DNA of 63,974 nucleotides, counting the filler, from Methanobacteriota archaeon (GTDB taxonomy: Archaea; JACRDV01), in NCBI GenBank assembly GCA_024860865.1. It is 6 parts of 6 records of this genome, joined end to end, with 100 filler letters (N's around TTAATTAATTAA, not from the genome) between each part and the next. Parts side by side here need not be neighbours in the genome. Positions count along the whole stretch, not along the records: positions 61,681 to 63,974 come from JACRDV010000087.1; 5 more parts are not named here. One strand, written 5' to 3'. Every line of letters begins with the position of its first letter. Positions within the stretch are counted from its first letter, which is position 1. Of the stretch, positions 61,681 through 63,974 are shown piece after piece. The notes beneath the pieces are model-generated. The model made no database searches and was not told the origin of the DNA. It saw only the letters and a list, made by a program, of their open reading frames with translations. A program made the translations under genes and the position numbers.

Positions 61681-63503
61681 AAGTTGCTGAGAAAGTTGGA
61701 TTGACAGTTGAAGAACTTGAAAAGTTAGTAAAGCCATTTGAGGCCATTTATACTATTGCTGACCACTCTCGTTGCTTAGCCTTTATGTTTGGTGACGGAA
61801 TTGTTCCATCAAATGTTCGAGAAGGATATCTTGCAAGGCTAGTTTTGAGAAGGACTTTAAAATTTATGCGAGAAATTGGATTGGAAATCCCACTTTCTGA
61901 AATCGTAAAGATACACATAGATGACATTGGCAATGATTTTCCTGAGCTTAAAGAAAATGAGCGCTATATTTTAGAAATAGTTGGTATTGAGGAAAAGAGA
62001 TATAGGGAGACTTTAGCTCGAGGCAGAAGATTAGTTGAGAAAACAAGCGATTATCTTGCTCGTGAAAATAAAACAGAAATGCCAGTTGATATGTTAGTCG
62101 ATTTATACGATACCCATGGCTTGCCTCCAGAAATTGTTAAAGAAGTAGCTGAATCTCAGGGAATTAAAGTTACAATTCCAGATGATTTTTACATAAAAGT
62201 TGGAACACGGCATGCTGAAACTAGATTAGAAACACTTATTGAGCCTAAAAAGTTTGAAGGAAAAATCAAAGCTTTGCCTGAGACAAAACTCCTTTTCTAT
62301 GATAGCCCATACTTGATTGAATTCAGTGCAAAGGTTTTGGATGTGTTTGATGGAAAATTTGTTGTGCTCGATCAAACTTGTTTTTACCCCGAGGGTGGAG
62401 GACAGCCATCCGATAAAGGGACTCTAGATGGCAATGAAGTAGTAGATGTCCAAAAAGTTGGGGAGATAGTAGTCCATGAGATAAAAGGTAAACTTAACAA
62501 AGGCGATATTGTTCAAGGGAAAATAGATTGGGATGGAAGGCTTGCATTGATGAGGCACCATACATCAACTCACCTTCTTCTTGGAGCTGCGAGAAGAGTT
62601 TTGGGCGACCATGTATGGCAACATGGCGCACAGAAAGGTATCGATAGGTCGAGATTGGATATCAGTCATTTTGAGCAAATTAAACCAGAAGACTTGAAGA
62701 AAATTGAGCAGTTAGCTAACAGCGTGATTATGGCAAATAAACCGGTTAAAATAGAGTGGATGGACCGAAATGAAGCTGAGAAAAAATATGGATTTAGACT
62801 TTATCAAGGAGGCGTAGTTTCAGGCAAGAAAATTAGAGTAGTTAGAGTAGAGGAATGGGATGTTGAAGCATGTGCTGGGACTCATTGTTTGAAAACTGGG
62901 GAAATTGGACCCTTTAAAATAATCAGGACTGAAAGAATTCAAGATGGAGTTGAGCGGATAGAGTTTGTATCTGGGGAAGCAGCAATTAAATATTTCCAAC
63001 AACGGGATGACCTTCTTCAAAAAATTGCTGATGTTTTTAGAGTAGCTCCAGAAAAAGCTCTATTTGCAGCTGAAAGATTTTTTGATGAATGGAAAAAGAT
63101 GCGCAAAGAAGTAGAGCGCTTAAGAGAACAAGTTGCGGAGTTAAGGATTTATAATCTAGTTTCAAAGGCAAGGCAATTGAAAGGAATCAAATTAATTGTT
63201 GAAACAATTCCAGAGGCGGATATGGACGAACTCATTCGAACTGGCGCAACTTTAACAAAGCATGATCCAAGCATTGTTGCGATTTTATTTAGCAAAAGGG
63301 ATGGGGTAAAAATCTGCGGATTAGCAGGCGAAACGGCGCTAAAATCAGGAGCTAGTGTGCAAGAAGCAGTTATAATGGCGGCAGAAATTGTCGGTGGGAA
63401 AGGTGGCGGTAGAGCGGATATGGCACAAGGCGGCGGCCCTAGGGTTGAAAAATTAAATGAAGCGATTCAAAGCACAATAAAATACTTTCGTGAAAAGCAG
63501 TGA
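61681..63503 (+). CDS. alaS: Alanyl-tRNA synthetase, 5'-truncated
   Basis: IADHSR, FYPEGGGQ, HHTSTH, EACAGTH, GKGGG...AQGGG. Confidence 0.97.
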
Positions 63504-63573
63504 ACCTTGCAAAAAAGATTTCATTCACCCACAATAACACATCACCTCCTTTCAATCTGCCAAGTAAAATGTC

Positions 63574-63666
63574 GCCTAACGTTTTCAGCATATACGACGT
63601 TGCGACCCGAAGGGAGCAATGTCCCGAAGGGCAAGGGCGTAAGCTCGCGTATATGCTGTGTTGTCC
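63574..63666 (-). mobile_element. Integron attC-like site downstream of a minus-strand ORF
   Basis: Minus strand GGACAAC-A-CAGCATATACG...CGTATATGCTG-AAAAC-GTTAGGC, 9 nt after the ORF stop. Confidence 0.65.
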
Positions 63667-63675
63667 GAAGTCGCA

Positions 63676-63974
63676 CTAATTATTCCCACCTCTTATTTGG
63701 TTTTTCAAATTATCTCCTATTTCTTTTACCAACTGCTCATATCTCTGTTTCCCTTCGCTATTCTGTTCGACTAACTGTTGTATTTCATAGCGATCCACTT
63801 GTTGTATAGAGCTTCTCCTCATATATAGTTGAACTAACCTTTTCTTCCCAATCTCATAATTTTTAAAGTCATTAAGTAATCTTGATAGTTCTTGGTAATG
63901 ATTTTCTTCAATAAACAAATAACTTTTTTCTACTTCATCTATTGTCTTTTTTAATTGCTGAGAAAAACTCCTCA
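63676..63974 (-). CDS. Hypothetical protein (cassette ORF), probably 5'-truncated by window end
   Basis: Open frame ending GGNN* just before the attC-like site. Confidence 0.5.
   Translation of the reverse strand, partial: RSFSQQLKKTIDEVEKSYLFIEENHYQELSRLLNDFKNYEIGKKRLVQLYMRRSSIQQVDRYEIQQLVEQNSEGKQRYEQLVKEIGDNLKNQIRGGNN

Noticed and set aside
63507-63809. 100-aa plus-strand ORF after alaS
   Set aside because: It runs through the attC-like hairpin and antisense to another ORF, with no recognisable motif

Overview
AT-rich archaeal genome, probably a MAG. Six contigs are joined by 100-nt N/TTAATTAATTAA linkers (1-20428, 20529-41839, 41940-46115, 46216-57614, 57715-61580, 61681-63974), so adjacency across linkers carries no meaning. 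Contig 1 holds rtcB, the S13-S4-S11 cluster, tRNA-Ser, cbf5 and the large ribosomal protein/secY cluster. Contig 2 holds thiDN, dapA/dapB/asd, alba, a methanogenesis-marker-12-like gene, a class III polyhydroxyalkanoate cluster (phaC, three repeat-built PhaE-like genes, phaA, two phaB, a phasin-like gene and a hydrolase), VapBC and a two-intron tRNA-Arg. The other contigs hold an IS110 element, a KaiC-V4R fusion, a two-intron tRNA-Val, decayed toxin-antitoxin pairs, an AglB-like gene, thrS, arsM, alaS and two integron attC-like hairpins. Top finding: rtcB, the tRNA-splicing ligase gene, is interrupted inside its conserved MPDAHWGYGFPIGG motif by a 31-nt bulge-helix-bulge element (89-119). Removing it at the canonical endonuclease cut positions restores both the frame and the Tyr codon. 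The ligase mRNA therefore appears to need tRNA-type splicing, which suggests an autoregulatory circuit.
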